A DNA stretch of 63,960 bases, the filler included, from Lentisphaeria bacterium (GTDB lineage Bacteria > Verrucomicrobiota > Lentisphaeria > JABSQK01 > JAWLHB01): assembly GCA_041690595.1 (NCBI GenBank). It is 3 parts of 3 records of this genome, joined end to end, with 100 filler letters (N's around TTAATTAATTAA, not from the genome) between each part and the next. Parts side by side here need not be neighbours in the genome. Positions count along the whole stretch, not along the records: positions 1 to 28,481 come from JAWLHB010000067.1; 2 more parts are not named here. One strand, written 5' to 3'. Positions 1 through 10,296 of this stretch are shown here, piece by piece; positions within the stretch are counted from its first letter, which is position 1; each line of letters starts with the position of its first letter. The notes under the pieces were generated by a model. It saw only the letters and a program-made list of their open reading frames with translations, had not been told where the DNA came from and made no database searches. The translations under genes and the position numbers were made by a program.

Positions 1-225
1 CGGCTTCATCGCCACCTCCCTGGGTTGCCATACCATAGACGATCAAGGTACCGCTGTCCATTTAAATAATCAAATACCATAAGGGGTTGCGTCCACGGCG
101 TCGCTCCCCCCCGCGTGAGGACAATTCCACGAGACTTCAGCCGCTCCCCGAGCGGCGCAGCCCCCTCCGTACTCTTTCGCCCCATCCACCTCTTCGTCCT
201 CTCCGTCCTCTCCCCCCCCCCTGCA

Positions 226-2595
226 TCAGCTCCCGATGACCGCCTCGACCTCCACCGTCGAGCCGGCGGCGGCATACGGCACCAGATTCGTCTGCAGCGG
301 CGAGCCGTCGACCACGACTTTGACGCTGCCGGCGCCATGCCTGCCCGGATTCTTCACCGTAATGCGATAAGTGGCGCCGCGTACCCGGCGGGTGACGGAA
401 AAGCTTTCCCACTCCGGCGGAATGCACGGCGCGATCAGCAGGCCGTTCAGAACGGGTCGGATGCCCAGGATGTACTCTGTGCCCGCCATGAAGACCCAGG
501 CAGCCCCACCGGTCAGCCAGGTGAGCGCCGCATGGCCGAAGGCCTCGTGATCGGGGCCATAGACCCACGAGGCAAAGGCATAGGGCTCGCGTCCATAATG
601 CTCGGCGCCCCGCTCGGAGAGGGTGTTGGGCAGAATCTGCGAGAAGTACTTCCAGGCTCGCCGTGGCCTCTCCTGCAGGGCCTCCGCGATGATCGCCCAC
701 GTATTGGCATGGAGGAAAAGCCCCCCATTCTCGCCGGCGCCGGGGGTATTGGTGTGGAAGCGCGTCACGCCATCCATCATGGTAGTGAAGGGCGGGGTGA
801 AGAGGCGAATGCCGCACTCGGTATCGAGCAGGTCGGCCACGCGATCCATGGCCTTGCGGCTCTGTTCCTCCGGCATGGCGCCGCAGATTGCCGCCCAGCT
901 CTGGGCGTTCAGGAAGATCCTGCCCTCCCGATTCCGGCTCGCGCCCAGCTCCGCATCCGAGTAGAGCAGCCGCTTGTACCACTCGCCGTCCCAGCAGGTA
1001 TCCGATTGCAGTACTCGCGCAAAATCGGCGCTCTTGCCGGCCAGGAAGGGAATCTCGCCATCCTTGCCCACCTTCCGCAGGATCTCGCTCAGCAGGTTGG
1101 CGGCATGAATGTACTGCTCTGCCAGCATCACGCTTTCGCCGTCCGACCTCGCGTTCGCGAAGACCTGCAGCATGTCGTTCCAGTCGCAGTCGAAGAGCTT
1201 CGGCAGACCATTGACCCCAATGCTCTCGCCGGTGAAACGCATGCCCCGAAGCAGGTGATCGAGCACGCTGCCGCTGCCCTCATCGTAGTACGGAACCTCT
1301 TCCTCCAGAATCGCCATGTCACCGGTCTCCGCCAGGTACTTGTACACGGCGAAGACACCCCAGACAATGGCATCGCTGCGCGTATGAGCGGGATTGGGGC
1401 AGGTGAAGGAGATCGGATCGAGGCTGGTGACGATCCTCCCCGATGCCGTCACCGAGCGCATCAGCACCAGCATCGTCTCCCGCGTCTCCCGCGGGTAAAG
1501 GAGTGATCCCGGCATGATGTCCTGCATCGTATCCCGGAAACGCAGGGCGGTGCCCGAACCAGAGTGCCGATGCGAAATCGAACGCCCGTTGCGCATCGTG
1601 CTGCGGATATTCTTCGGCAGCCACGCGTTCAGCATCACATTCGCGTTCTCGTCCGGCGTTTCCACCTGGCAGTTGTCCAGCGTCCCGCTCCACCACGCTG
1701 CCAGCTCCCCGGCCGCGGCATCCACGGCAGCGAGAGAGTCGTACTTCGCCGACAGCGCCCGCACCGTCTCGAACTCCGGACCAACCGCCAGCTTGATGAC
1801 GACCCGGTGCTTCTCACCGGGGGCAAGCTCGACGGCCAGCTTGAAGGTGCCGCAGGCATGGAAACCGCCGTCCTTCTGCTCCGAGTTCCGGAGGCCGCGC
1901 TCCAGGCCGATTGGGTTCGCTTCCGTGCGCCCACGACCGATGAAGAGGTTGCGGTTCAAGTCGAACGCCTCGAACGGCTCCGTCGCCGAGAAGAGCGTCT
2001 TCCCCTCGAAGGGAGATTCGAAGGCGAAGTAGTCGCTCATCAGCCCGCCGCTCTCCCCATCGCGGAAATACCGCACCTGGTTGCCGCAGACGCAGAAGGC
2101 CAGAACATCCTTGGCGTACTCATGAAGCGAATGATCGATGTACGGGTAGAGTTCCAGCTGCTTGCTCTCCGCGGATCGATTCTCCAGCGTGACGTCCCAC
2201 AGGAGGATATTATCCTGCAGCGGAATGAAGTAGCTGACAGTCGCATGCAGATCCTTCCGGCTGGCACTGAAACGGGTATAGCCCATGCCGTGCCGGCACT
2301 GCCAGCTGTCCAGCCCCGTCATTGTCGGGAAGAAGGAGGGATTCCAGCACTCCCCGCCGTCCTTGACGTAGAGGTAGTAGCCGGGCGAGTCCATGGGCAG
2401 GCCGTTGAGCCGGTAGCGGGTGATGCGCCCCGTGTGCGGCTGCCCGTACCAGGCCGTGCCGCCCGCGCCATTCGAGATGAACGCGCTCAACTCCCCGTTC
2501 CCTTCCAGATAGTTGATCCACGGCTCCGGCGTCATCGGATCGGTGATCACATACTCGCGATTTGCCGCATCGAAATACCCATAGGCTGCAGTCAT
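226..2595 (-). CDS. GH94 glycoside phosphorylase (cellobiose/chitobiose phosphorylase family)
   Basis: N-terminal YGYFD..REYVITDP.TP.PWINYL, RFRDTMQD, catalytic DWND, GENGG.F.HAN.W and WLTG motifs. Confidence 0.93.
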   Translation of the reverse strand: MTAAYGYFDAANREYVITDPMTPEPWINYLEGNGELSAFISNGAGGTAWYGQPHTGRITRYRLNGLPMDSPGYYLYVKDGGECWNPSFFPTMTGLDSWQCRHGMGYTRFSASRKDLHATVSYFIPLQDNILLWDVTLENRSAESKQLELYPYIDHSLHEYAKDVLAFCVCGNQVRYFRDGESGGLMSDYFAFESPFEGKTLFSATEPFEAFDLNRNLFIGRGRTEANPIGLERGLRNSEQKDGGFHACGTFKLAVELAPGEKHRVVIKLAVGPEFETVRALSAKYDSLAAVDAAAGELAAWWSGTLDNCQVETPDENANVMLNAWLPKNIRSTMRNGRSISHRHSGSGTALRFRDTMQDIMPGSLLYPRETRETMLVLMRSVTASGRIVTSLDPISFTCPNPAHTRSDAIVWGVFAVYKYLAETGDMAILEEEVPYYDEGSGSVLDHLLRGMRFTGESIGVNGLPKLFDCDWNDMLQVFANARSDGESVMLAEQYIHAANLLSEILRKVGKDGEIPFLAGKSADFARVLQSDTCWDGEWYKRLLYSDAELGASRNREGRIFLNAQSWAAICGAMPEEQSRKAMDRVADLLDTECGIRLFTPPFTTMMDGVTRFHTNTPGAGENGGLFLHANTWAIIAEALQERPRRAWKYFSQILPNTLSERGAEHYGREPYAFASWVYGPDHEAFGHAALTWLTGGAAWVFMAGTEYILGIRPVLNGLLIAPCIPPEWESFSVTRRVRGATYRITVKNPGRHGAGSVKVVVDGSPLQTNLVPYAAAGSTVEVEAVIGS

Positions 2596-5462
2596 TGTGG
2601 TGGCCCTTGCGTCACGCTTGCCGCCTTCTTGGCGGGTTCTATATGAATGATGTAATTCCGCTCCGCGATCTTGACGTCGAGGAGGATCTCTTCAACCGTG
2701 TTCTTGCGGATGACCAGCGCCGGGGGCGCGGGATCTTTTCCCCAGGTGAAGGCCGCCAGGAAGGCCACCTCCGTGGTCTTGTCAGCGCGCGCGAAGGTGA
2801 CCTCCATGGGTTGCCCCTGGTACCCCCCGTGCGTCAGCCCCCTGACCAGCTGAAAATCCCGATCCGCGACCAGCGTCATCGTCAGGTCATCCTTGTACCC
2901 CAGCACGACCTGCCGGCCGCAATCCCCCGCCTCCAGTTTCCCGATCGGCGCGTACTCGGGATGCGGCACCGCCGGGAAATCCGCCGGGACCGGGGAGAGC
3001 TGGCAGGATACCTTTGCCTGGCCCCGCCCGTACTGATAGCGGTCGATGATGTGCGGTTCATTTGAACGGATTGCGTCGAAGACGATGTAATTGTTCTCGA
3101 TCAGCGCGATCGCTCGCAGCTGCTGCACCCCCGCATACAACTCGGCCCCGGGGACGGTCGCGATGACCGCGATCGGCGTCTCCGGATCCGGTACCAGAGC
3201 CACAAGGCTGCCATGCGCTTCGCGTTGATCCCCGCCATCGACCACGATCGCATTGTGCGCGGCCGTGGCGTACATGAAGCTTGCGTTCACGTCCCCATAC
3301 GACATGCGCCCGGGCATCGTCTCGATCCCCTGACCATTCCGGAAGAAGAAGGTGGAGAAGCGGTCGTATTCGGTGCGGTCGAAGTACTTGATGTAGCTGG
3401 TTCGGATCTCGTAGGAGTCGGCTGCATTCCCCTTTCGCAGGAAGATGTAGCCGGCACCCGCCATGTGTTCCGTGGCAACTGGCATTTCGGATGCGCTGGC
3501 GAGGCCGAGTATGCCATGGAAGATGGTCTGTTCGTTCAGCCCCTTGCTCCGCTGTTCCTGCAGATAGGCAAGGTAGGTGGGCTCGCGCCACACCGCATAG
3601 GCCGTCTCGTACGGGCTTGCCAGCATCTCCCCGCCAGCGGTGATTGAGCCGTCGAAGACCCGCTTGAAGCGCGCCGTATAGAGATTCACGTTCTGGGTGA
3701 GCGCCAGAGTGCCGAGCAGGTCCATGGCATGAAAGATGGCCCGATGATAAGCACCCGCTTCGTGGGCGATGCCGTCTTCCGTGAAGGCCCGCTCGACCAT
3801 CTCGTGCCAGCCGAATTCCCCTTGGATCGCTTCGCCCGCCAGCGGCCAGAAACCGGTGGCGATCGCGGTGCTACCATAGGCGCGGAAATGCTCGGCCTGC
3901 ATGTTGGAGTACAGGATGCCATGCCGGGCAATCCGCAGACCTTCCTCGTTCAACGTCGCCTCGATCCGTAGACGCTGCTCCTCGTCCAAGCCCCGGTATT
4001 CTGCCAGGAAGAGCCACGCTTCGGCAAGCTTCGGCAGATCGTACGAGGACATCAGCGAACTGGCGCCGAACTTGGTGGCGCCGGAGGTGGAGCGCTCCCC
4101 GGCAACGGGCATGGCCGGATACGCCTCCGCCAGTGACAGCAGCAGCTCCACGGCCTTCGCGGCATAGGCGTCGTCTCCCGTGAGCAGCCAAGCCATCGCA
4201 CAGTTGCGGACGGCCGTATTGCGCCGGCTGTAGTAATAGAAGAGGCCTGCACGATCCAGATCCTCATTGTTCTCATAGCTCTTCTTGCACTTGGGGCAGA
4301 CGTGCTGATGGAACTTCATCGGATCGACGGGCTGCAACTGCGCCCGACACTCCGCGTCGAGGCAGCGATAGATACTCGGGTGCATGGGCAGCATATTCTC
4401 CGGCATCGGCCAGTCGTACCCCATCGCCTGATCGGCAATCGCGATGGTGCGCTTGCGCCACTCCACGATCCCGGGCAGCGCACTCTCCCGAGCGTCCAGA
4501 AAGGCCTGCATCGCCGCCGGCGTCCAGGCCACCCGGTTGAAGTTGGGCACGACACCCCACATCGGCCACCGCCGATACCCCATGAGCGGAACCTGATCCG
4601 AATCCGCTACACCCTTGACTGAGATCCTCGGAAGAAGCGGTTCCGCATACAGCGCCGGCAGACGCATCGCCTGTGGGCGCGACATGAAGAGGCGAATCGG
4701 CACTGTCCGCGCTTCTCCCGGCGCCAGCGTCAACTCCTTCTTCGCGTCGACCTGGAAAAACTTGAGGCTCCGGGCGGAATCGGGCTCGATCACCACGACC
4801 TGCGCCGAATCCGTGCGGTTCTTCAGGTGCAGCGGATAGGTGTAGACCACCTCGGGGCCCTCGGTCTCCATCTCGCACTCGACGAGGTTGAAACTGGCAT
4901 AGACGGGATAGCGCACCAGGCGCGGATTGCGGATGCGCGCCTTACGCCACGACGGCTCGCCGGGCAGCCCCAGCTCCTGCCGAGACAAGGTCAGCGTCAG
5001 GCGACCATTGGGTATCTGCTGAAGGTCGGGATAGAAGCTGAAGAGGTAGACGCCATCGTCATCCACCCGCAGGTCGAAGCGTCCCTCGGTCCACTCACCC
5101 ACTTGTGTACGGAACTTGGAATACCAGCTGCTGACATCCTCGTCCCCGGGCATTCCCTTGATCACCGCCTGCACGAAGACCAGCGATCCTTCCGGCTTCA
5201 GATCGAAGCGAAGCTCGTCGTACGTCCGTGGGTCGATCCCCATCGCGTTGAGATCCAGATAGAGCGACTGCGTCAGCCCGTCGGGCAGACTCCATTCATA
5301 GTCCCGCGGGCCAACCTGACGGATCTGCACCGCGTCCCCACCTTCATGGCGGCTCAGATCTAGGTGGGCCACGTTATCGGCTCCCCATGAAGGTGCTGTT
5401 GCCGCGGCGAATCCCAGAATCCCCGCGATGAGGGCCGACACGGCCCGTATTCCCTTGTACAT
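2592..5462 (-). CDS. Secreted heparinase II/III-like (oligo-alginate lyase-like) protein
   Basis: Signal peptide; Cys cluster RCLDAEC...HVCPKC; HEAGAYH and AHNAIVVDG motifs; 4-nt overlap with the GH94 gene. Confidence 0.72.
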   Translation of the reverse strand: MYKGIRAVSALIAGILGFAAATAPSWGADNVAHLDLSRHEGGDAVQIRQVGPRDYEWSLPDGLTQSLYLDLNAMGIDPRTYDELRFDLKPEGSLVFVQAVIKGMPGDEDVSSWYSKFRTQVGEWTEGRFDLRVDDDGVYLFSFYPDLQQIPNGRLTLTLSRQELGLPGEPSWRKARIRNPRLVRYPVYASFNLVECEMETEGPEVVYTYPLHLKNRTDSAQVVVIEPDSARSLKFFQVDAKKELTLAPGEARTVPIRLFMSRPQAMRLPALYAEPLLPRISVKGVADSDQVPLMGYRRWPMWGVVPNFNRVAWTPAAMQAFLDARESALPGIVEWRKRTIAIADQAMGYDWPMPENMLPMHPSIYRCLDAECRAQLQPVDPMKFHQHVCPKCKKSYENNEDLDRAGLFYYYSRRNTAVRNCAMAWLLTGDDAYAAKAVELLLSLAEAYPAMPVAGERSTSGATKFGASSLMSSYDLPKLAEAWLFLAEYRGLDEEQRLRIEATLNEEGLRIARHGILYSNMQAEHFRAYGSTAIATGFWPLAGEAIQGEFGWHEMVERAFTEDGIAHEAGAYHRAIFHAMDLLGTLALTQNVNLYTARFKRVFDGSITAGGEMLASPYETAYAVWREPTYLAYLQEQRSKGLNEQTIFHGILGLASASEMPVATEHMAGAGYIFLRKGNAADSYEIRTSYIKYFDRTEYDRFSTFFFRNGQGIETMPGRMSYGDVNASFMYATAAHNAIVVDGGDQREAHGSLVALVPDPETPIAVIATVPGAELYAGVQQLRAIALIENNYIVFDAIRSNEPHIIDRYQYGRGQAKVSCQLSPVPADFPAVPHPEYAPIGKLEAGDCGRQVVLGYKDDLTMTLVADRDFQLVRGLTHGGYQGQPMEVTFARADKTTEVAFLAAFTWGKDPAPPALVIRKNTVEEILLDVKIAERNYIIHIEPAKKAASVTQGPPQ

Positions 5463-5501
5463 ATCCTCTCCCGATGTTCATGTTTGAAGCTCTCCGCTCC
5501 G

Positions 5502-6545
5502 TCACGTGTGCTTGACGATGACCAGAATGTCGCCCTTGTCGGCATAGCCGGACTGGTCTTCGAGGATGACATCCGCCTTCGGACCGATACGATGATTGAG
5601 CCACAGCCAACCGTCGACAGGCGAGCTGACGGGCAGCGCATCACCTGTAGTCAGATCGTGCAGTTGGCCGAGAAGTTCCCCCTCTCTCACCGGCGACTCG
5701 ATGCGCGCGATCGGCACATACAGCCCTTCACTCGGTGCCCGCAGGATGATCTCCTTGGGATCCCGCAGGCTGAACTGACCGCCGGGACAGTCTTCCATCT
5801 CGCCATCGAGGATCCCAAAGTACCGGCAGGCATTGCGGATGGCCCGCGATCCACACGCCGCGGATGCTTGCCGGATGTGCCATTGCGTGCGCAGCTCGAT
5901 CAGGTACCCGGGAACGCCCAGCACATGACTCGCATAGGCCGAGAGCCGGTCGCCTGTCGGCCGGAAGGGCGCTTCGTCGGATTCATAGAGAAAGAAGGGG
6001 ACGCCCAATTGCCGGCCCAGTGGGATCTCGTCGCTGACCCCGGGATTGCCGCCGGGGATAGCGGCCGTGGCGGAGGTGCGCCCCCAGGCATGGAAGTTCA
6101 ACACCGCGGCCACACCCGGCAGCAACTGGCTGGCGATCGCATGGCTGATCCGGTCAGCAGGATCACCATCCGGACGGCCAGGCCACCGCTTCCACGTGTT
6201 GTAGGGCATCGCATTCGTATAGCCCTCCCCGCGAGGTTGTCCCTTCGTGTGATGGCGATACGGCGGATTGGGCGGCGTGACCACCGGTACCGCGATGATC
6301 GCACCCCCGAACCTTGCCGGATCGAACTCACGGACGAAGCTGAAAATGGACGCTACCCCGTTCAACTCGTTGCCGTGCTCGCCGGCCGCAACAAAGAGCG
6401 TAGGGCCGACCTCCCGTCCCTGCAGGATGAAGTAGGGAATCGTGATCGATCCCTCCCCATCACCCAGATCGACCCGCAGGCACTCCTGATGAATTCCCGG
6501 CTCCCTCACGCTCCCGCTCCTTTCGTCCAATCTGGACGCACGCAT
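5502..6545 (-). CDS. Succinylglutamate desuccinylase/aspartoacylase family (M14) Zn hydrolase
   Basis: AGEHGNELNG, LNFHAW and IELR motifs; C-terminal hybrid domain (APSEG..SPVDG). Confidence 0.85.
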   Translation of the reverse strand: MRASRLDERSGSVREPGIHQECLRVDLGDGEGSITIPYFILQGREVGPTLFVAAGEHGNELNGVASIFSFVREFDPARFGGAIIAVPVVTPPNPPYRHHTKGQPRGEGYTNAMPYNTWKRWPGRPDGDPADRISHAIASQLLPGVAAVLNFHAWGRTSATAAIPGGNPGVSDEIPLGRQLGVPFFLYESDEAPFRPTGDRLSAYASHVLGVPGYLIELRTQWHIRQASAACGSRAIRNACRYFGILDGEMEDCPGGQFSLRDPKEIILRAPSEGLYVPIARIESPVREGELLGQLHDLTTGDALPVSSPVDGWLWLNHRIGPKADVILEDQSGYADKGDILVIVKHT

Positions 6546-6557
6546 GGTTGTCGCCGC

Positions 6558-9359
6558 CTAATGCAGCGCCTTGTTGTAAATCTTGACGGCATCGATCACC
6601 CCATCCCACGGATAGCTGCAATAAGAGCCATTGCCAATGTGCAGGTCGTAAGTGGGCGCGGGGGTGATGGAAGCGGGTATCGAGGCGGTGCTGGTGTACT
6701 CGGTGCCGTTGACGATCAGTTTCAGGTACTCGCCTCCCTTGAAGACGGCCACGATGTGGTACCACATCCCCTCCGTCAGCGTCGGCCCGCTCACCCCCGC
6801 CAGCGTGCCGTCCGGCCGTGGCACATAGAAAGCCAGTTGCTTGTGCCACAAACGGAGGCTGTAGCCGCACTTGGGATTGTAATACAGGCTGCCCTTGCCC
6901 AGGATCCAGTCTATACCCAGCTCCTGCAGCGTCGCCGCATTCGCCCAAAGATCGATCGTCAGCTCCGTCGAACCGTCGAGCGATGCATCCCGCCCGCAGT
7001 TGACATACTCCGACGCGCTCCTCAGCAGGTCGATCCCGTAGTTGCCGGCCACCCGCGCCCGCGTCAGCTCAGGGGTGTTCACCAGCGTGCCATAGTTGCC
7101 GTTCCACGAGAGGTCATCGACCTGGCCCGCGTAGATCGCCTCGAAATCAAGCTCGAGCAGCCGGTGCGCATGATCCGTGATTTCGTCCCGCGTCAACGCG
7201 CGATTGAAGATCTTCACTTCGTCGATGATGCCATCCCACGGATAGCTGCAGTACGACCCGTTGCCGATATGCAGGTCATAGGTGCCCGAAGCCGCGATGT
7301 ACGGGGGAATCGTGGCGCTGGTCGTGTACTCAACCCCGTTGACGTACAGCTTCATGTACTCGCCTCCCTTGAAGACCCCGGCCAGATGATACCAGACACC
7401 CGCTTCCAGCGTCGGTCCGAAGACCCCGACCATCGCGTCGTTGGGACCAACCGCATAGAAGGCCAGCTGCTTGTGCCACAAACGCAGGCTGAAGCCGCTC
7501 TTCGGCAGATAGTAGAGGCTACCCTTGCCCAGGATCCAGTCCAGCCCCAGCTCCTGAAGCGTATCCGCCTTGACCCACATGCTGACCGTCAGCTCCTCCA
7601 TGTCCGAACTGATGATGGCAGCCCGACCGCCATTCACGTACTGCGAGTAGGCCTTCGTCAAAGAGATGCCGTTGGCGATCTTGCCGGCCGCGTAGCCCGG
7701 GCTGTTGACCAGCGTCCCGTCGTTGCCGTTGCCGCTGATGTCCGCGGCCGTGGAGTTCAGGTTGTAGTAGGCAATAAGGTCGTTATCGTTCTCCCGCAGA
7801 TGGACGAAGGTCCCCTCCTGGGAGACATCCGTCACCACATTGCCGTAACCAGGCAGGGTGATCGTGACACCCGTTCGCGCCTGGACGGGCGAATGCGCGT
7901 AGAGGAGCCATTCCCGGTTGGGCGCTTCGCCGATAACCCGCGCACACGCGAAGACCGGCAACTCGGTTGAGACGCTCCATGGCAGGGCCGGATCGAGATC
8001 CGTGTTGAGCATGAACCACCGCGACCGCGAAGCGAACTCCGCCGGTATCGCGATCTGGTATGGATGCGAGCGCGTGGTATTCTCCACCAGCTCCCCAAAC
8101 TGCCAGAAGCGCTTGAGCACCGGATCCGTGTGCACCCGGTCCACGGCATCCATGATGGCGTCGAAGTACTCGTACCCTTCCTGCTCTCGCGATTCCGTCC
8201 AGCCGTTGAAGTGACGCACAACGCGCGGCGTCACCATGAACATCCCGAACTGCACCAGCCCCTTGTAGCGGTCGCCACTGTAGCTCTGCCCGATCGTGTC
8301 CAGCCAGGTGAAGTAGTCAGTGGAGCCATGCCAGACGCTCAGCTCGTGCCAGAAGTCCGGATTGTCGGCTAGCTGATCCGCCAGCATAAAGACGCGATTC
8401 TGAATCCCCACCTGCGGGCTCATGACATGGAAATCCTTCAGCCCGTTGTTCAGATAGTACGAGGCGGAGCCCCCGTCCCAGGCATTCTGCTCCCAGGTCA
8501 TCTGGCTGCCGTGATGCAGCGAGTAGTTGACCCAGCCCGCCCACCGGCCGTAAAAAGACCAGGGGCCGCTGTTCAGATAACCGATGAAGATGGAATTGTT
8601 CTGCCAGTTGGTACTCAGTGCCGACTGCATCCCCCCGAGCATCTGCGAATAGCAGCCGGTCCACCCGGCGGCAAACTCCTGCCGCTTGAAGTTGTCCGTC
8701 TGACCATAGCCGAAGAGGTCCACATAGCGCTGCGAACTCTCCGCCTCCAGCCAGGTCAGCTTCTGTGCTTCGTTGTTGCCGCAGAAGATGACTTTGGGAG
8801 GTGCGGGATAAAGGCTCTGCAGCATGTCCATCCCACCTGAACCATCGATCCATTCGACGCCAACATCGTACCAGTCGCCCGGCACGGGCGGGAAAGGGGT
8901 AACCTTGTTCAGCAGCTCCTGATTGGTCGTATAGACGCGCGGGCTGGTCGCGGGAGGCAGGCTGATATACGGCTCCATCGTATAGAAGTACTGCTCGTAC
9001 TGCGTGCCGCAGACCACGATCGGCTGATCCTTCAGCTCCAGATAATTCAACGCATCTTCCGCATAATCTGCCAGGTAGGTGGTGGGCGCGGTGGGACTGA
9101 AGTGGGGTAGGGTGGCAAGCAGACGGTGCTGCTGTTCGATCAGCTCGATGATGTAGCTCGGCTCGAACATGGTGCCGCCGCGATTGTCGCCCCAATTGTA
9201 CTTGTACCAGCCCGTCTGCCAGGCCGCCGCCAGCGGCAACGCACGACCATTCGGGCCGTTGTTCGGCGCCACGGCTGTATCCCGGATCTCACTCCAGATG
9301 TCTCCACGCATCCCCTGCACCATGATGATGAAGACTACCAACATAAGAGACTTCTTCAT
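6558..9359 (-). CDS. Secreted protein: uncharacterised N-terminal domain plus two LamG/ConA-like domains
   Basis: Signal-like N-terminus; two ~210-aa repeats with D.SGNGNDGTLVN, WYH.A.VF..LYVNG, G.IDEVKIFNRAL. Confidence 0.85.
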   Translation of the reverse strand: MKKSLMLVVFIIMVQGMRGDIWSEIRDTAVAPNNGPNGRALPLAAAWQTGWYKYNWGDNRGGTMFEPSYIIELIEQQHRLLATLPHFSPTAPTTYLADYAEDALNYLELKDQPIVVCGTQYEQYFYTMEPYISLPPATSPRVYTTNQELLNKVTPFPPVPGDWYDVGVEWIDGSGGMDMLQSLYPAPPKVIFCGNNEAQKLTWLEAESSQRYVDLFGYGQTDNFKRQEFAAGWTGCYSQMLGGMQSALSTNWQNNSIFIGYLNSGPWSFYGRWAGWVNYSLHHGSQMTWEQNAWDGGSASYYLNNGLKDFHVMSPQVGIQNRVFMLADQLADNPDFWHELSVWHGSTDYFTWLDTIGQSYSGDRYKGLVQFGMFMVTPRVVRHFNGWTESREQEGYEYFDAIMDAVDRVHTDPVLKRFWQFGELVENTTRSHPYQIAIPAEFASRSRWFMLNTDLDPALPWSVSTELPVFACARVIGEAPNREWLLYAHSPVQARTGVTITLPGYGNVVTDVSQEGTFVHLRENDNDLIAYYNLNSTAADISGNGNDGTLVNSPGYAAGKIANGISLTKAYSQYVNGGRAAIISSDMEELTVSMWVKADTLQELGLDWILGKGSLYYLPKSGFSLRLWHKQLAFYAVGPNDAMVGVFGPTLEAGVWYHLAGVFKGGEYMKLYVNGVEYTTSATIPPYIAASGTYDLHIGNGSYCSYPWDGIIDEVKIFNRALTRDEITDHAHRLLELDFEAIYAGQVDDLSWNGNYGTLVNTPELTRARVAGNYGIDLLRSASEYVNCGRDASLDGSTELTIDLWANAATLQELGIDWILGKGSLYYNPKCGYSLRLWHKQLAFYVPRPDGTLAGVSGPTLTEGMWYHIVAVFKGGEYLKLIVNGTEYTSTASIPASITPAPTYDLHIGNGSYCSYPWDGVIDAVKIYNKALH

Positions 9360-9564
9360 TGCCCGACTCCTTCCTGGTGTTGAATCTTGACCCTATCCCC
9401 GGGTCCGCGTGACAGCCAGAATGCATAGTGCAACTATAGGGGTGCGTTCATTACCATGTCAAACGCAAGATCGTCCCATTTTCAAACGCCACCCTTGATT
9501 GGTGGAAAACATAGTACTATACTGTTACTATTAACCCCGTCTTCGGACTCTGGAGGAATCCATA

Positions 9565-10296
9565 ATGAGAAGCGTGAAGAGCCGTAGCGACGCAAATCGC
9601 ACATCGATCTTGCCGTTCACCTTGATCGAACTCCTGGTGGTCGTGGCGATCATAGCCATCCTGGCCAGCATGCTGCTGCCCGCCTTGACGAAGGCCCGCG
9701 AGGCAGCTCGCGCCACAGCCTGTCTCAATCAGGTCAAACAACTCGGCATGGGTGCTGCCATCTATGCCGATGAATACAGCTCCCTGCTCCCCTATCCCGC
9801 GATGGGGGCCAACTGGAGCTTCAATCAGTGGTACATCACGCTCGCACCCTATGTCGGTGCGGATCTGCAGAAGTACAAGGGCAGCGATCGCCTTTACGCC
9901 TGCCCCGCCAACGATCTGCGCGCCATTCCCGCCTCGTGGACAAGTGCCGGCAGGCCGAACGGCAACTATGCCATCAACGAAGAAGTGACCGGCAATTCCC
10001 ACGAAGGCGTTGAAGATTACTGGCACTGGCGTCCAACCGCATTGACCGCGCTGACAAATCCCGAGACCGTCGCTATTATCTCCGATTCCTTCCGCTTGAC
10101 GGATACCGGCGTCAATGCCGGCTTCACCTTCAACCGGTACAACGGCGGCGCAGGAGTGAGGCGGGGACTTGGCACACTCAATGCCGGCTTTCACAGCCAG
10201 GCAGGCAACGTGGCCTGGGCTGACGGGCATGTCGCCAGAATCACCGTCAAGGAAGCAGCCGCCGAGGATTGGATGAAGTATGTCTGGGCCAGGTAA
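9565..10296 (+). CDS. Prepilin-type N-terminal cleavage/methylation protein with H-X9-DG motif (DUF1559-like)
   Basis: [27 protein letters not shown] and [12 protein letters not shown]. Confidence 0.93.
   Translation: MRSVKSRSDANRTSILPFTLIELLVVVAIIAILASMLLPALTKAREAARATACLNQVKQLGMGAAIYADEYSSLLPYPAMGANWSFNQWYITLAPYVGADLQKYKGSDRLYACPANDLRAIPASWTSAGRPNGNYAINEEVTGNSHEGVEDYWHWRPTALTALTNPETVAIISDSFRLTDTGVNAGFTFNRYNGGAGVRRGLGTLNAGFHSQAGNVAWADGHVARITVKEAAAEDWMKYVWAR

Noticed and set aside
1..20. Minus-strand gene start (GGAGG then ATG at 9)
   Set aside because: Only three codons lie in the window, so it cannot be supported
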